From Octopus sinensis (lineage: Eukaryota): a stretch of DNA of 64,000 bases. Under the pieces are notes generated by a model. The model worked only from the letters and a program-made list of their open reading frames with translations, was not told the DNA's origin and did no database searches. The stretch lies in contig NW_021831989.1 of NCBI RefSeq assembly GCF_006345805.1, positions 606,266 through 670,265 of the forward strand. The letters run 5' to 3'. Made by a program: the position numbers and the translations under genes. Positions 60,650 through 64,000 of this stretch are shown here, piece after piece (positions within the stretch are counted from its first letter, which is position 1; the number at the start of each line of letters is the position of its first letter).

Positions 60650-61390
60650 GTGCGCGAACCAACTTCAAATTAGCCAAATATAGATAAATTGTAAAAATCC
60701 ATTCTCCTTATAATTAGCCAATAATGGGAAACAAGTCCAAAATTATGAAGTCCTCCAAGAACCTTCCACCCAAAAATCTTACATATCAAAAATATCCTCG
60801 ATGATGAAGTCCTTAAAACCCTCACGCCAAAAAAATATTTTCTGAATCGTCCAACGAGACGACTCCACTTGAGTCCGTTATTAGTCCGGATCAGTTCAGA
60901 AATTTAAATATTCAACGAACGTATAGTATGATATGAGTCATTGGACTTGTTTTTCTTCAGGGCACCCCGTTCTTTGATAAGTGGCAGGATTTGTGATGAT
61001 AATCTTGGATTAAACTTCTTGTATGAAGCGACAGGTATAAATAATTTATCGGCTTTCAAAATGATAGTAGACAAGATCTTGGCCGTCCTTTCCACCGTGC
61101 AATTTTCCATAGTGAGATCAAGCAGGCAGTCGTCCACATACGATCCGAAACCATCCCAGTTAGCTTTTGAGTAATTTTTGAAATTCGTAGAACGGCTCAT
61201 TGAACAGAAAGGCCTTCTAAGTCTCAGTACAATGGGGTTATGGTCGCTTGAGAAACCATAACGAACATTCCACGAGATATCTACAGCCAAGGATGGAGTG
61301 CAGAGAGACAGGTCCGGGGATGTTGGGCTGTCTCTTTTGCGGGTTGGTGTCCTTTTATGAGCGTATGGGTCGTTTAGGATAGTCAACTTA
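60650..61390 (-). mobile_element. APE-type LINE fragment (end of endonuclease + tether); pogo-type end at ~61430-61453
   Basis: TILND..TSPDLSLC..W..GFSSDHNPI..NYSKANWDGF..ADKLFIP. Confidence 0.8.
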
Positions 61391-61739
61391 TTGAGTACTG
61401 AAAGAATGTACTCGCCGCGAATGTCGGCCGGTTAAGACCGGGGTTTGACTGTACTTTATGTGGAGTCGTCTCTCGAAAGTACATTAACATAAAAATTAAT
61501 GTCGCGCGCAATGGATGAAACGCGTGCCTAAAGTGAAACGCTGTGAACCTTGAGAAAACCACAAAAAACTTTGAAAATAAAATTAACAATCCTTTGATGA
61601 AAACAGGAATAAAACCGAGAAATCAATTTTTTATTATTATCGTTTGAAAGATTAACAATTTATTTAAATAATGGTTAGCCATTTTAAAATTACCAAAAAA
61701 TTAAAAATATTTTAACCTGAAAATTTACCTGTCTAAATT

Positions 61740-62262
61740 TTTTTAACTTGTGATTTAAATACTATTTTTTCATTTCCATCTTGATCTTTTATTTTAACTC
61801 TATTATTTGAAATTAAATCTTCAACAGTAAAGATTTGTTGATAAAAAAAGATTCTAATTTTCGCTTCTTCGTCCTTTGATTTGTATCAAAATCTTTTTTC
61901 AGCAAAACATTATTTCCAATTATTTCTTTCAATGTTTTTGAAAAATTTCGTTCCATTCTTTCAAGATATTTGTCATTTATGATAGTTTGATTTTCATGTT
62001 CTTCAATTAATTCATCATCATTATAATAAGAAATGTTATATCCTCTTGTTCGGAAAAAAGCCATAAATGGTGACATATTTATAGAAGAATGAATTGAAAT
62101 ATTGTACTGATATACATTTTTTTCTAACACATCCCCCATTTTTTCTGTTTGTCTGTGAGTTCTTTTTGAATCCATCTGCAAATGTTTGATTGCAACGCTC
62201 CACTTTTCCCTGTGATTCTGGATGTCTTGGACGTCCCCTTTTATGAATTATTTTTTACTTCA
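61740..62262 (-). mobile_element. Ginger/Gypsy-type integrase C-terminal fragment
   Basis: RGRPRHPESQGKVERCNQT..VYQYNISIHSSINMSPF..VLLKKDFDTN..KRKLES. Confidence 0.75.
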
Positions 62263-64000
62263 CATAATGATTATTTTAAAGATTTTTGATTGTGCTGTTA
62301 AACTGCAGATTTTTGGTGGACATTGATTTAATTTATAAGATTTATTGATTGAATTAGATAAGCCCCTTATGTTTGAATAAAATTATTGAACTAGTTTTAT
62401 TAAACGGTATTATGTACACTCTGTTGATTGAACTGTTGGAAATAAATACTATTGTCGATATGTAGCTGACTTTAAAATCAAATTTTTAATAGAGAGTTGC
62501 TTTATAATCAGTAATTTCTTGACATCAATAATTGTCGAGATAACGTTTGTGTCATTAAACGTTCAGATCTTTGATTTAGATTATATATCTTAATGATTTT
62601 TTCGTTCTAGAATTAGAATTCACGGGATATGCTCTCGCTCTTTATAGTTTTTGATCTTTTTATGGGAGGATTCATGGTCCGAAAATCTTAATGGTATGTG
62701 TGATTTATCTCTTATCCTCTACACTTTTAGATGAACACAGATTAATTGTACGATTTATTTAAAAACAGAGGTACAACACCCACTTGTCCGACCTGTTTTC
62801 CAATCATTCAACCCCCCTATTTGTCCAATTCAGTCTGGCTTTTCAGCAGCTTATAAACATAGTGAATACGTTGAAATTAATTTTTAGGACGAAAGGAATC
62901 AAATAATGAAATCCAATTCTGGCTCACATTTGTTCACAATCTTTTTAGTTGTATTTATAGAACTGGGGATTTTCAGCTCATGTGGGATCCTGAACAGTAC
63001 AACATGGTAAGCTCAGTCCGCGTGGATCACTCGTTTGTTTGGACACCCGATGTTGTTCTTTTTAATAATTTTCTATAAAATTGTAAATTATCAAGTGCCG
63101 ACGGAAACTATGAACCATCTTTCATGTCGAATGTGGTTATTTACAACACTGGGCTTATTCTCTGGGTTCCTCCGGCCATTATAAGTCATCTTGTACAATC
63201 GATGTGTCCTTTTTTTTTCCTTTTGATCAACAAATATGCGAAATGAAATTTGGTTCCTGGACTTATAATCCAGATGAACTTGACTTTTTGGACGTGAATG
63301 CAGATTTAATGACTATCGAATCTCCCAGTATGGATATCATCGATTACGAAACTATAACAAAAAGAAATAGTGATTTAGGAAAACATGTTGAAGTTTGTAT
63401 TTTTTTTTGTCATACGAAGAAAGTCGTTGTTTTTTATTCTAGCAATCTTATTATTCCCTGTGTTACTCATTGCACTGCTCAGCGTCACTGTATTTTATTT
63501 ACCGGCTGATGCTGGTGAGAAGATTACTCTATCGATTTCTATATTATTTTCCTATAAACGTTTTTTTGCTTCTGTGTCCAAGATTTCTGCCTCCGTCCTC
63601 GACAATTCCTTTGATTTCAACATATCTTCTTTTTACGTTTATTCTTAACATTTTTACTATATTTGTGACTGTCCTTCTCATCAATTGGAACTTCCGGACT
63701 CCGAGACACATCGAATGTCCAAATGGTTCAAGATTATTTTTCTTAAATATCCTTCCTCGGTTCTGCTAATGGCACGACCTGACCAACCAAACGTTATCAA
63801 AGTGCAATGGAACGCAACAACAATTATAAACAATTGGATAAACAGAATTTTGTCTCATATTCACCAAAAAGTTTTGAAACCCAGGAATCTGAAAATCCCC
63901 TCCACTCGAGTCTTTCTTCTCCATTTTTTCCGGCTGACTTGGTCAGACGAGATTCAACTGCAGAAGACGCTTTTAAATTCTATCAATTTCATAGCTCATC
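62246..64000 (+). pseudogene. Second direct copy of the nAChR locus (18733-~20485) with many 1-nt indels; pseudogene or assembly artefact; runs off the window
   Basis: Upstream DNA, introns and exons are collinear with 18733-20485. Differences are mostly homopolymer indels. Confidence 0.85.

Noticed and set aside
1-64000. CRISPR arrays, prokaryotic operons or defence systems, rRNA or canonical tRNA genes
   Set aside because: The sequence is intron-containing animal DNA. No repeat-spacer array, rRNA motif or full cloverleaf was seen.
1-64000. Alternative genetic code (stop reassignment) suggested by fragmented ORFs
   Set aside because: Host-gene breaks are explained by GT-AG micro-introns, and long exons (e.g. 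19610-20686) read cleanly in the standard code.

Overview
AT-rich animal genomic DNA with very compact genes interrupted by micro-introns (mostly 22-33 nt, GT..AG, often with AAG or GAG acceptors and no polypyrimidine tract). A spiralian parasite, most plausibly a dicyemid mesozoan, is inferred; an orthonectid is the alternative. Eleven host genes can be spliced by eye: mollusc-type troponin C, SLMAP, a CFAP97-domain gene, glycine decarboxylase, a non-alpha nAChR subunit, BUB3, CLPTM1, PPP1R21, NPC1, NUBP2 and a very divergent NMDA GluN1-like subunit. An indel-ridden second copy of the nAChR locus sits at the right end. Intergenic space is packed with transposon debris: CRE-like and R4-like RLE non-LTR retrotransposons, APE-type LINEs, Tc1, pogo, hAT and Ginger-like elements. 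The most striking observations are: (1) host-type micro-introns inside transposase genes of Tc1, pogo and hAT elements, including an apparently intact Tc1 and an in-frame, catalytically deleted hAT; (2) a GluN1 with altered agonist and gate motifs; (3) a candidate tRNA-headed structured RNA; (4) a Ginger-like foldback MITE. All identifications come from motif recognition by eye, without database searches, and boundaries of degenerate TE fragments are approximate.
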